Shown here in pieces: positions 9,598-19,518 of a DNA stretch of 29,150 bases. The DNA is from Candidatus Krumholzibacteriia bacterium. Its GTDB lineage: Bacteria; Krumholzibacteriota; Krumholzibacteriia; WVZY01. The position numbers and the translations under genes were made by a program. Numbering within the stretch: position 1 is the stretch's first letter; each line of letters begins with the position of its first letter. The stretch is from contig JAZGDW010000054.1 of the NCBI GenBank assembly GCA_036478295.1, positions 1 to 29,150 of the forward strand. The letters are read 5' to 3'. The notes beneath the pieces are model-generated. The model was not told the origin of the DNA. It saw only the letters and a program-made list of their open reading frames with translations, and searched no databases.

Positions 9598-9768
9598 GGC
9601 GTGACGGGATGGGGAGGGTCTCATGCTCAGACAGTCCTCGGCGCACGAGCTCACGTGCTCATGGACACCTGGTAGCGCGCCTGCGCACTGCTCTGCAGCA
9701 TCTCCGCTTATTATAGCTGACGGTCGGTGCTCAAAACTCGCCTGAGCCCCCCCCCATCCCGTCACGCC
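9598..9768. repeat. 171-bp element bounded by ~26-bp inverted repeats
   Basis: GGCGTGACGGGATGGGGAGGGTCTCA (9598-9623) and TGAGCCCCCCCCCATCCCGTCACGCC (9743-9768); the outer 17 bp are perfectly complementary. Confidence 0.75.
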
Positions 9769-9853
9769 TTCCTGGCCTGTTGGCGTTCAGAACCCCCGCG
9801 CGTCTCGATGGCAGAAAACGACGCTATATGCTAACCTGGTGGGAGAGGTAGAA

Positions 9854-10390
9854 ATGAAACGGGAGCTGCTATTAGCGACGTTCATCGTTTTGACTGGCTT
9901 CGTATCGGCCTGGTCTGATACGGGCAGGATCAGCATCTTCTCCGATTCTCTTTACACGTCGTCTGAGGCGTTCGATTCTATTCCGAGCCTGCTGACCCTG
10001 TACGTGGTACTTGACGAAACCAGTGGCGGAATTACAGCTGTTGGATCTATACGTGTCGCGGGCGGTGGGGGTTTTACGGGAGTCTGGCTCAGTGAAACTT
10101 CACCCTTCCCGGTTGTGGTAGGGACGAGCCAGGATAGCGTATCGGTCAGAGCTAGCGGTTGTGCCTTCCCACCACCCCATCTTCTTCTGACGATCGTTTA
10201 TTCGGTTTTCGGCACGTCTGCGAACTGCAGTTACGTCGAGGGTACCGCCAGCCTTGGCTATGTTCCATGCGTGGGTCTAGGGCCTTTCCCGGTGGAAAGT
10301 GGCAGGCTTATTGTCAACCCAGACAATTCCTGCACAGCCGTTCCCGTTGAGAAGTCCAGTTGGGGTAGGATCAAGACACTTTACCGTTAG
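9854..10390 (+). CDS. Small secreted protein (178 aa, 4 Cys) with C-terminal PVEKSSWGRIKTLYR motif
   Basis: RBS GGAGAGG before ATG 9854 (preferred over GTG 9839). Signal peptide MKRELLLATFIVLTGFVSAWS, beta-rich body, terminal V..SWG.IK.LYR motif. Confidence 0.8.
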   Translation: MKRELLLATFIVLTGFVSAWSDTGRISIFSDSLYTSSEAFDSIPSLLTLYVVLDETSGGITAVGSIRVAGGGGFTGVWLSETSPFPVVVGTSQDSVSVRASGCAFPPPHLLLTIVYSVFGTSANCSYVEGTASLGYVPCVGLGPFPVESGRLIVNPDNSCTAVPVEKSSWGRIKTLYR

Positions 10391-10494
10391 GCCGCCCTCC
10401 TTTCATTCAACTGCGTCAACACCTCCACCTCCTGCCGCACGATCTCCCGAAGCTCAACTGCTGGCTTGTTGCTGTACCCCCATGCGCTTGGAGG

Positions 10495-10620
10495 TGGTGG
10501 TACGCGGTTGGTCTGTTGAAGGACCCGTCACGGTTGCAGCTGGCGGTACGCGGTTGGTCTGTTGACGGACCCGTACCGGTGGCGGGTGGCGGCGCGAGGT
10601 TGGGCTGTTGACGGAACCGT
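10495..10620 (+). repeat. Tandem array of three 46-bp-period left-arm units of the 121-bp repeat
   Basis: Units start at 10495 (TGGTGGTACGCGGTTGGTCTGTTGAAGGACCCGT), 10541 (TGGCGGTACGCGGTTGGTCTGTTGACGGACCCGT) and 10587 (TGGCGGCGCGAGGTTGGGCTGTTGACGGAACCGT), each followed by 12 more variable bases. The third unit is the start of full copy B. Confidence 0.9.
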
Positions 10621-10708
10621 CGCGGGAGCGAGCGAGGATCATCCGCCGTAGGCGGATAGCCGAGCGAAGCGGAGCGCGGTGACGGAAACAGCCCAACCGC
10701 GTACCGCC
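10588..10708 (+). repeat. 121-bp structured dispersed repeat, copy B
   Basis: GGCGGCGCGAGGTTGGGCTGTT...AACAGCCCAACCGCGTACCGCC, with internal hairpins GACGG-AA-CCGTC and ATCCGCC-GTA-GGCGGAT, and GCGAAGC. Confidence 0.9.
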
Positions 10709-10726
10709 GACCCCGCCACGCGAGGC

Positions 10727-10758
10727 AAAAAAAGGGGATGGCCGCAAGACCACCCCCT
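10727..10758 (-). terminator. Rho-independent terminator of the ahcY operon
   Basis: Minus strand GGGGGTGGTC-TTGC-GGCCATCCCC followed by TTTTTTT, about 35 nt after the ahcY stop. Confidence 0.85.
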
Positions 10759-10791
10759 GGACGCCGTAATGTAAATGCGAAGGGCGCTCTG

Positions 10792-12078
<1,287 letters not shown>

Positions 12079-13233
12079 TTATAAAACGAGACGCTTCAGT
12101 TCATCGACATAGTCGGTCAGTTCCCAGGTAAACTCCTCATCCTCGCGGCCGAAATGCCCGTAGGCCGCAGTTTTGCGATATATCGGCCGCTTCAGTTTGA
12201 GGCGCTCGATGATACCGGCCGGCGTGAGGTCGAAATTCTCCCGGACAATGCGGGTAAGCTCGGAATCCTGCACTTTTCCCGTGCCGAATGTGTCAACCAT
12301 TATCGATACGGGCTCCTTTTCACCAATCGCGTAGGCCAGTTGAATCTCGCAATTGTCGGCGAGCCCGGCGGCGACGATGTTCTTTGCAATGTGCCTCGCC
12401 GCGTAGGACGCGCTCCGATCCACCTTGGAGGGATCCTTGCCCGAGAACGCTCCTCCCCCGTGACTCCCAACCCCGCCGTAGGTATCGACGATGATCTTGC
12501 GCCCCGTGAGGCCACAATCCGCCTTCGGTCCGCCTTCGACGAAGCGGCCCGTCGGATTCACGAACAGGATATAGTCGCCTTCGTGCCTTTCAAGGTGCTT
12601 CTTCAGCACCGGTTCTACCACGTGCTTGCTGACGTCCTCCTTGATTTGCTCCAACGGGGTGCCCTCGTCGTGCTGCGTTGACACCACCACCGTGTGCACT
12701 CGGGTTGGCATGCCGCCTTCGTACTCGACGGTTACCTGCGTCTTGCCATCGGGGCGCAAGTAACCCATACCGTTTTCGTTGCGCCTGACGTCCGCCAGAC
12801 GCTGCGCCATGCGCTGCGCGAGGACAATAGGCATGGGCATGAGAACGGCCGTTTCACGACAGGCATACCCGAACATCATTCCCTGGTCACCCGCCCCAAG
12901 TTTGTCCACCACTCCCATGCGAATGTCGGGAGACTGTTCGTCTATCGAGGTGAGCACCGCACATGTCTGGTAGTCGAATCCGTATTCGGCGTTCGTATAT
13001 CCGATGTCCTTCACGACGCCGCGCGCTATTGACGGAATATCAACGTAGGCGGTGGTCGTTATCTCCCCGGCCACGAATATGACACCTGTGGAAACGAGTG
13101 TCTCGCAGGCCACCTTCCCGTTCTCATCTTGCTCCAATATGTTGTCGAGTATCGCGTCCGAGATCTGATCCGAGATCTTGTCCGGATGACCTTCGGTGAC
13201 GGACTCCGAAGTAAAAAGTCGACTGGGAGCCAT
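12079..13233 (-). CDS. metK: S-adenosylmethionine synthetase
   Basis: [65 protein letters not shown]. Confidence 0.98.
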   Translation of the reverse strand: MAPSRLFTSESVTEGHPDKISDQISDAILDNILEQDENGKVACETLVSTGVIFVAGEITTTAYVDIPSIARGVVKDIGYTNAEYGFDYQTCAVLTSIDEQSPDIRMGVVDKLGAGDQGMMFGYACRETAVLMPMPIVLAQRMAQRLADVRRNENGMGYLRPDGKTQVTVEYEGGMPTRVHTVVVSTQHDEGTPLEQIKEDVSKHVVEPVLKKHLERHEGDYILFVNPTGRFVEGGPKADCGLTGRKIIVDTYGGVGSHGGGAFSGKDPSKVDRSASYAARHIAKNIVAAGLADNCEIQLAYAIGEKEPVSIMVDTFGTGKVQDSELTRIVRENFDLTPAGIIERLKLKRPIYRKTAAYGHFGREDEEFTWELTDYVDELKRLVL

Positions 13234-13274
13234 GCAATCCTCCTTGCGAAAAGTCGATCTTGGCGATTATGTGA

Positions 13275-14255
13275 TTACCTGGATATGACTTCGCTGGAAT
13301 CTCCGATATTGAGTTTCTGAAATCCGCCCTCGATGACGGCCTGAGAGCCAATGATACTGCCTTCCAGCAGGCAGTTGGTCACGCTGGCGCCCTGGTCCAC
13401 TACCGAATCCCTGATGATCGAGTTCTCCACCTTCGAGTTCGAAGCGATCGAGACGTAGGGACCGATTACCGAGTTAATCACTTTGGCCGATGGCGCTATT
13501 GACACCGGTGAGACAACGATTGAGCCATCGATTTGCGGGGAGTCCCCGTGATCCTCCAGTAGCTTCCGGTTGGTCTCCAGGAGCGTCTCCGGTTTGCCGC
13601 AGTCGAACCACTCGTCGATTTCGAACGCCGTGAAGCGGGACCCCTTGTCGATCATCATCTGAAGTACGTCGGTTATCTGGTACTCGTCGTGACTCTTGAT
13701 ATCTTTGTCGATCTGCTCGCTCAGCATATCGAACAGGAGTGACGAGTCGGACACGTAGTACAGTCCCACAACTGCGAGGTTGCTCGCAGGATTTTTCGGC
13801 TTTTCGACCAGCCGCAGTATGTCACCGTTCTTTGTTTCCGCCACCCCGAATCGCCGCGGGTCCTTCACCTCTTTAACTCCGAGCGCGTTACCCTTGACTT
13901 TTGTGATCTGTTTCAAGTCCGTGCGGAGGATCGTGTCTCCGAGTATCACCAGCAGCGGCTCGCCCACGTTGGCGATTTCGCGCGTCAAATAAACCGCATG
14001 GCCTATACCTCTTCGTTCATCCTGGAAAACGAAATCCACCTTGAGCTCAGGATACGCGTTCTGCACGTACTCTTTGATCAACTCGCCCTTGTAGCCGACG
14101 ACAATGACCACGCTGCTGATATCCAGCGTCTTGACCTCGTCAAGAATGTGCGAAATGATCGGCTTGCCCGCGACGTACAGCAGCGCCTTGGGCAGAGTGT
14201 GCGTGTGCGGCCGCAGTCGGGTCCCGACACCGGCGGCCGGTACTATCACCTTCAC
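13275..14255 (-). CDS. Sugar-1-phosphate nucleotidyltransferase with C-terminal left-handed beta-helix (NDP-sugar synthase)
   Basis: PAAGVGTRLRPHTHTLPK, LGD, FGVAE..G.ILRLVEKP, WFDCGKPE, hexapeptide repeats (NSVIGPYVSI, NSIIRDSVVD). Specificity cannot be assigned. Confidence 0.9.
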   Translation of the reverse strand: MKVIVPAAGVGTRLRPHTHTLPKALLYVAGKPIISHILDEVKTLDISSVVIVVGYKGELIKEYVQNAYPELKVDFVFQDERRGIGHAVYLTREIANVGEPLLVILGDTILRTDLKQITKVKGNALGVKEVKDPRRFGVAETKNGDILRLVEKPKNPASNLAVVGLYYVSDSSLLFDMLSEQIDKDIKSHDEYQITDVLQMMIDKGSRFTAFEIDEWFDCGKPETLLETNRKLLEDHGDSPQIDGSIVVSPVSIAPSAKVINSVIGPYVSIASNSKVENSIIRDSVVDQGASVTNCLLEGSIIGSQAVIEGGFQKLNIGDSSEVISR

Positions 14256-14295
14256 CTGATCACAGCCTTTCGATCTTTCTGGACCACGTCTTGGG

Positions 14296-15354
14296 TTACC
14301 CGAGTCGTTTCTTGAGCAAATCGATGTTCTTCACCGGCGTTGGGTCCACCCCGTTCAGGAACGCGAGGTAGACACTGGTAAAATCACCCAGCATCATCGC
14401 CGACAGGATGCGCTCCAGCCGTCCTCCCTCAAAGCCGGGTATCCGGGCCAATCCCGCGGCCAGCGGCTCGATCATCTCGAGTGCGGCGTCCGCCTGCCGC
14501 TTCGCCCCCGGATGGTCATCCCCGTCTTCGAGCGACACAACATAGATGCTCGCGGCGAGGGCGTTGGCCTTTCTCCATCCAACGATCTCGTTGTGAGCCA
14601 GTTCGGGAAACGCGCCATAGTGCGAGAAAACTTCGCTGTTCTCGTTGAACTGACAGCTCCAGCGTCTGGCCACTGGATCGAGGAGCCCGCCACCCGAATA
14701 GACGACCGGGTGGTGCCCGGATAACTTGCCTGCCAGATCGGCGGCCGTGTTTTGTGTCGCGTCCGAACCGTAGATCTCACTAAGCTGGAGCAAACGCTCC
14801 TGCGTCCCGTCAAAGTCGAGCCCATCGAGCGACGCCACGCCGAGCGCATCCAGGATACAGAGCAGCGGAAAAAACGAGTACGCAATCGCCGCTCGCGGTG
14901 GCATGCCGCCCGGAATACTGCAAACCGGCACCCCGTCCTGCTCGCACAGCGATTGCAGCTTGCCGCCACTCGTTATCGCCGCCGCCGCCGCGCCCGTTCC
15001 CCGCAGACTCTCATAGGCGGAAAGAGTCTCCGCCGTGTTGCCCGAGTAACTCGAAAAGACAAAGAAACTTTCCTCAGCCCACGAAGCGGGCACGCGGTAG
15101 TCTCGATTGACGCGGAGTGGCACTCCGAGGCCGTCGCCCAAACAGGAGTTTACCATATCCCCGCCGATCGCCGACCCACCCATCCCACACACGACTATCC
15201 TGCCGACGGTCTGCCGCTCGACCACGCGGGCGAAGTCGCCACCCCTCTCCAGGGCATCGCCCATGTGCGTGGGAAAACAACAAACCAGGTCGAGCATGTT
15301 GCCCGTATCCAGGGTCTTGCGCAGTCGCTGGAGTTCCTGGAAAAGGTCGCTCAT
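14296..15354 (-). CDS. Bifunctional phosphoglucose/phosphomannose isomerase (SIS fold)
   Basis: CGMGGSAIGGD, SSYSGNTAET, TSGGKL, PPRAA, QFNENS, FPELAHNEIVGW, GVDPTPV. ATG 15354 is adjacent to the ptsI stop. Confidence 0.93.
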   Translation of the reverse strand: MSDLFQELQRLRKTLDTGNMLDLVCCFPTHMGDALERGGDFARVVERQTVGRIVVCGMGGSAIGGDMVNSCLGDGLGVPLRVNRDYRVPASWAEESFFVFSSYSGNTAETLSAYESLRGTGAAAAAITSGGKLQSLCEQDGVPVCSIPGGMPPRAAIAYSFFPLLCILDALGVASLDGLDFDGTQERLLQLSEIYGSDATQNTAADLAGKLSGHHPVVYSGGGLLDPVARRWSCQFNENSEVFSHYGAFPELAHNEIVGWRKANALAASIYVVSLEDGDDHPGAKRQADAALEMIEPLAAGLARIPGFEGGRLERILSAMMLGDFTSVYLAFLNGVDPTPVKNIDLLKKRLG

Positions 15355-15355
15355 G

Positions 15356-17179
15356 TTACTCGTGAAACATGGCAAGATCTGGGCATCGTTCCCTGAGCAA
15401 CCTGGTCACGTCCCGTTCGATCTGCTCCGTGGTCACATATTTCAGAATTCGTTTCACCAGCATCTTGCACTCGTCATACGTGACGGAACGGATTATTTTC
15501 TTCACTTCCGGCATCATGTTGGGACTGCAGCTGAATTCATCCAGTTGCAGGCCGATAAGAACCACCGTCGACATCGGATCTACGGCCATCTCACCGCAGA
15601 TCGACACCGGGATCTTGTGTTTGCGGGCCGCATCCACCGTCATCTTGAGGAAACGGATGATACTCGGATGCAAGTGCTGATACAGGTGCGAGATCTTGCT
15701 GTTTCCCCTGTCGACCGCCATCGTGTACTGGATGAGATCGTTGGTGCCGATGGAAAAGAAATCCACTTCCTTGGCCAGGGCGTCCGCCAGCAAAACGGCG
15801 GACGGTGTTTCCACCATTATCCCGATCTCCACGTTGTCATCTATGCGGAAACGGTTACTCCGCAGTTGCTCCCGAACTTCGGCGCAGATCTGCTTTGCCT
15901 TCTTGACCTCGTCGACCTCAACGATCAGCGGCAGCAGAATCTTCACCGAGCCGTGGGCACTCGCGCGGTAGATGGCCCGGAGCTGTGTCTTGAAAATGTC
16001 TTTGCGCGTGAGCAGGAAACGGATGCCCCGCCAGCCCATGAACGGGTTCAGCTCGGGCGAGCTGTGCAGGTAGTCGGCGATCTTATCGCCGCCGATGTCG
16101 AGGACACGGATCGTCACCGGGTTGTCGCCCATGTGCTCGAGAACGGAGCGGTAGATCTGGTACTGCTCCTCTTCCGACGGCAGCTTGTCCTGCGCAATGA
16201 AGAAATACTCCGTGCGGAAGAGCCCGACCCCCTGGGCGCCGTAAGCCACGGCCGATTCGATCTCGTCCGGGAGATCGATGTTCGCCTTCAACTGGATGTT
16301 GCGGTTGTCAAGCGTCTCTGCCGGATACCCCGTCAGCTTCAAGAGCTCCTTTTCGAGCTTCTTGTATTGCTTGATTTCCCGGTGGTAGTTGTCGAGCGTG
16401 GAGTGGCTCGGGTGGATGACCACGGTACCAGCGTTACCGTCGAGCACCACAGGGTCCCCGGATCGGACGCGCGCACTGAGGTCCTCGAGACCGACCACCG
16501 CCGCTACGCCCTGGGAACGGGCCAGTATCGCGGTGTGCGACGTGCGCCCACCCCGGTCGGTCGCGTAGCCGAGCACCTTTTTGCGGTCGAACTGCGCCGT
16601 TTCACTGGGCGAAAGGTCGCGTGCGAAGACGACGGACGGCTCGGACGGATCGATGAGCTTCCTCTTCTGCTTGCCGAGGAGTTTGCCGATCACGCGCTTC
16701 TTCACATCGAGAATATCCGTGAAGCGGTCTCTGAGATACTCGTCTTCGATATCTTCGAAACCGGACAGTATGTTCGAGATTACTTTTTGGAACGCCCAGG
16801 CCGCGTTGCGGTTCTCGCTGCGTATCAGAGCCTCCGTGTCTCCCACCACCATGACATCGTCGAGAATCAGCAGGTGCGCCTCGAATATGCGCGCGTGGTC
16901 TTCGCCGAGCCGTTCCGACATGTCCGCCTGTATCTGGATGAGTTCTTTCCGCGTCTCCGCCAGCGCGTGTTTGAAGCTTGCGATTTGCTTTTCGCGCTCT
17001 GCTGGCGGTACCGTCGTGTTCGGAACGCTGAATATCTCGGGGCGCATGACAAACGCAGGTCCGATTACGATGCCGGGAGCCGCGGAGATCCCGTGTCGGA
17101 CTATCTCCTCACGTCCACCTTCCGCCGGCGAAACGCCCTCGGCGGCCTGCCGCCCGTCGCTTACCTTTCTCGTTTCCAT
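15356..17179 (-). CDS. ptsI: PTS enzyme I (PEP-protein phosphotransferase)
   Basis: GGRTSHTAILARS phospho-His motif, GVGLFRTE, NPFMGWRGIR, MVETPSA, FFSIGTNDLIQY, CGEMA. Confidence 0.98.
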   Translation of the reverse strand: METRKVSDGRQAAEGVSPAEGGREEIVRHGISAAPGIVIGPAFVMRPEIFSVPNTTVPPAEREKQIASFKHALAETRKELIQIQADMSERLGEDHARIFEAHLLILDDVMVVGDTEALIRSENRNAAWAFQKVISNILSGFEDIEDEYLRDRFTDILDVKKRVIGKLLGKQKRKLIDPSEPSVVFARDLSPSETAQFDRKKVLGYATDRGGRTSHTAILARSQGVAAVVGLEDLSARVRSGDPVVLDGNAGTVVIHPSHSTLDNYHREIKQYKKLEKELLKLTGYPAETLDNRNIQLKANIDLPDEIESAVAYGAQGVGLFRTEYFFIAQDKLPSEEEQYQIYRSVLEHMGDNPVTIRVLDIGGDKIADYLHSSPELNPFMGWRGIRFLLTRKDIFKTQLRAIYRASAHGSVKILLPLIVEVDEVKKAKQICAEVREQLRSNRFRIDDNVEIGIMVETPSAVLLADALAKEVDFFSIGTNDLIQYTMAVDRGNSKISHLYQHLHPSIIRFLKMTVDAARKHKIPVSICGEMAVDPMSTVVLIGLQLDEFSCSPNMMPEVKKIIRSVTYDECKMLVKRILKYVTTEQIERDVTRLLRERCPDLAMFHE

Positions 17180-17194
17180 GCCTGTCCCTGGGAC

Positions 17195-17461
17195 CTATTC
17201 CTCGTAGAAGTTTTGATCGATGAGTTCCTTGAGGGCCTCTTTGGCTGCCAGCTCGTCAGTACCTTCGATGCGGATCGTGATCGTTGCCCCCGCGCCGACC
17301 GCCAGGCTCGCCAGTCCAAGTATGCTCTTGCCGTTTGCTTTCTTGCCGTTCTTGATAACTGTAATCTCACTGGAAAACTTGTTCGCCAGCTTTACAAACT
17401 CACCCGCCGCGCGCAGGTGCATGCCGATCTTGTTGTTCACCAGTGAGTCGAATTCTACCAT
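17195..17461 (-). CDS. ptsH: Phosphocarrier protein HPr
   Basis: 88 aa. His15 (GMHLRAA) and Ser46 (NGKSILG) are at the canonical positions. Confidence 0.97.
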   Translation of the reverse strand: MVEFDSLVNNKIGMHLRAAGEFVKLANKFSSEITVIKNGKKANGKSILGLASLAVGAGATITIRIEGTDELAAKEALKELIDQNFYEE

Positions 17462-17510
17462 TTTTGTGTCCTGTCTTAGCTGTTAAATCGCCCGTCGGCT
17501 GCGCGGTGCG

Positions 17511-18251
17511 CTACACGAAGATCAACGTGAAAAGAGCGGAGACTGGGAAAAGGATTATCGCAAACCAGGAAGCCGGAATGTCTCTTTTCAAAAGGTAAAG
17601 GGTCAGTACCGTCAAGGCACTGCCAAAAAATAACATCCATTGGCCGTGTTGGGGAAACGCGTGGAAGACCAGGCCCACGAGCACTCCCCCAGTGCCCGCA
17701 CCAAGACCCTGGACAACAACAAGGACCCTCTGGAACACGGGGCCCGAAAAAACATCCACGAGCTCCCACCCCTTGGCATAGCCGAAATAGACACCCCAGA
17801 GGCGAAAGGAGATGATCGTCAGATTGTAGATCAAGAAGACGGCCAATAACCCTATGAGAAGCTTATATATAGCAAATATACAGGCAAAAGTCAATGCCAG
17901 AGGCTTCAGGCCGCCGAGGAACAACATATCTCCCATGGCCGCCAGCGGGCTCGACAACGATTTCTTGAAGCGGTCTATGTCGCTTTCGCTGACGGGTTTT
18001 CCCTCGGACCGTTCCTCTTCGAGCCGGAGCACGCCGCCGATAATGAGGGGCGTGAAATTGGGATTGCAGTTGAAGAACGATAAATGCCTTAGTATTAAAG
18101 CGTTGTCGCCGTCCACAACGCGGCCCGCCGCTGCCACCGCGCTGGCAAACCCGAGATTCTGCATCCCGCGCCTGTTCAGCAACCCCTGCAGAAAAAGCAC
18201 GCGGAGAAACACGCGAAAAAGGTCCAGCTTCCCGAGGCGTCTTCGAGTCAT
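17511..18251 (-). CDS. PTS mannose/fructose/sorbose-family IID component (ManZ-like, divergent)
   Basis: MQNLGF, RHLSFFNCNP, GGVLRLEE, SPLAAMGD. ATG 18251 overlaps the IIC stop (ATGA). Confidence 0.88.
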   Translation of the reverse strand: MTRRRLGKLDLFRVFLRVLFLQGLLNRRGMQNLGFASAVAAAGRVVDGDNALILRHLSFFNCNPNFTPLIIGGVLRLEEERSEGKPVSESDIDRFKKSLSSPLAAMGDMLFLGGLKPLALTFACIFAIYKLLIGLLAVFLIYNLTIISFRLWGVYFGYAKGWELVDVFSGPVFQRVLVVVQGLGAGTGGVLVGLVFHAFPQHGQWMLFFGSALTVLTLYLLKRDIPASWFAIILFPVSALFTLIFV

Positions 18252-18946
18252 CGTAGCCATAGCACCAGAATTACCATCACGGCACACAATATGAGCACCC
18301 TCTTGAGATGCCGGTGCCAATAGATGTGGATGAGCGACGCGGCGCCCAGAGCCGGCAGCAATTGCTCCCAGTTTACCGCGCCCACGACGAACGAGCCTCC
18401 GACGTAGCGGGTCAATCTCTCGGCTGCCTGGTAGCCGGCGCCGAGGAGAATATATACGATAACCGCCTCAACAACAAAAAGATACAAGGTGGAACCCGCG
18501 TGGAGAGCGATGAGTTTGCGGGTGGTGCCCGCGTAGCGGGCGTCGGGCGAGAACTCGACTCGGCCCAGATAGCGGTTCAAGAACGCAAAGAGCGGTGCCG
18601 ACAGCCGCGCCGCCAGTTCGCCCGCGACCAAACCGGCGAGGGTGCCGGCAGCGACGATGAACAGCAGCCGCGGATCGCCGGTGAAGTGCATCACCAAGCC
18701 CGCCGTACCGCATCCGACAATGGCACCTGCGATCTGATCGGGGCGCCTCAAACCACGCATGGGAAGAATCGAAAGCCAAATGAACTCGAGGAGCAATCCG
18801 ACGGTAAGCGCGGCGTGAACCTCGCCGGTGACAATGCCGACGACGAGCCCGGCGAACACCGGCTGCGCCGCCAAACTCTGCCAGCCGGCGCGATCGTCTA
18901 TGGCGAGCACTCCGGCGATCAGGCTTAGTACGATAAAAGGGCTCAT
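18248..18946 (-). CDS. PTS mannose/fructose/sorbose-family IIC component (ManY-like, divergent)
   Basis: QPVFAGLVVGIVTGE....L.VG..LE.IWL...P...PD pattern, hydrophobic, located between IIB and IID. Confidence 0.85.
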   Translation of the reverse strand: MSPFIVLSLIAGVLAIDDRAGWQSLAAQPVFAGLVVGIVTGEVHAALTVGLLLEFIWLSILPMRGLRRPDQIAGAIVGCGTAGLVMHFTGDPRLLFIVAAGTLAGLVAGELAARLSAPLFAFLNRYLGRVEFSPDARYAGTTRKLIALHAGSTLYLFVVEAVIVYILLGAGYQAAERLTRYVGGSFVVGAVNWEQLLPALGAASLIHIYWHRHLKRVLILCAVMVILVLWLR

Positions 18947-19000
18947 TCCTGGCAAATTCGGATAGGCGGTGGTGCCGCGCGGACGATCCCGCGCAGTGGA

Positions 19001-19029
19001 ATCTTATAGCAGACGGGGGGAAGGGTCTA
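19001..19029 (-). promoter_or_regulatory. Possible internal sigma-70-type promoter upstream of IIC
   Basis: TAGACC-N17-TAAGAT (also TGcTATAAG) in the ~95-bp gap between IIB and IIC. Confidence 0.3.
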
Positions 19030-19041
19030 TTGAAAAGGGTA

Positions 19042-19518
19042 CTACACAACCATGGAATTGATGACGACGGGGCTGTTGCCCGGAATGTCCTGTGCCAGAA
19101 GAGTGATGCCGCTCTTGACCAGGTCTCGCAGAAGGACTCTGTCCTCTTCGGTTACGAAGACAAAGGGCAGGAGTTCCTCCGCTCCCTGGCGGTAATGCAG
19201 CCCTCCAACGTTGATTTCTTCCAGCTGCACCCCCTTTTGCACCATCGTGTGCACATCCTTCACGGTTTCGAATAGCATCAGGACCGATTCGTTGGTGAAC
19301 AGGTTGTTCAGTAGTTCGACAGTTGTTTCTTCGATGCTGAGAAAGGACACCTTGACGGGGGGAGGAACGCTGGCCGTATAGAACTTGCGTTCCCAGAGAT
19401 TCGCCGCGATGCGGTCGTTGGCCACAACGATGCGATCGGGCTTGAGCAAGCGCGCCCAACCCAGGACCACCTGGCCATGAATCAGTCGGTCATCAATGCG
19501 TACCAGGCTCAGCGGCAT
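19042..19518 (-). CDS. PTS mannose/sorbose-family IIB component
   Basis: RIDDRLIHGQV phospho-His motif, INVGG. Confidence 0.95.
   Translation of the reverse strand: MPLSLVRIDDRLIHGQVVLGWARLLKPDRIVVANDRIAANLWERKFYTASVPPPVKVSFLSIEETTVELLNNLFTNESVLMLFETVKDVHTMVQKGVQLEEINVGGLHYRQGAEELLPFVFVTEEDRVLLRDLVKSGITLLAQDIPGNSPVVINSMVV

Noticed and set aside
9598..9768. 6S RNA or retron msr-msd as the identity of the IR element
   Set aside because: The length fits, but I cannot fold the interior into the 6S rod with a central bubble, and no reverse transcriptase is in the window.
9830..10392. Integron cassette (GTTAGGC at 10386-10392 fits GTTRRRY)
   Set aside because: No matching RYYYAAC inverse core or L boxes forming an attC, and no integrase.
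10495..10632. CRISPR array
   Set aside because: The intervening segments are only 12 bp and partly similar to each other, the repeats are degenerate arms of a dispersed element, and there are no cas genes.
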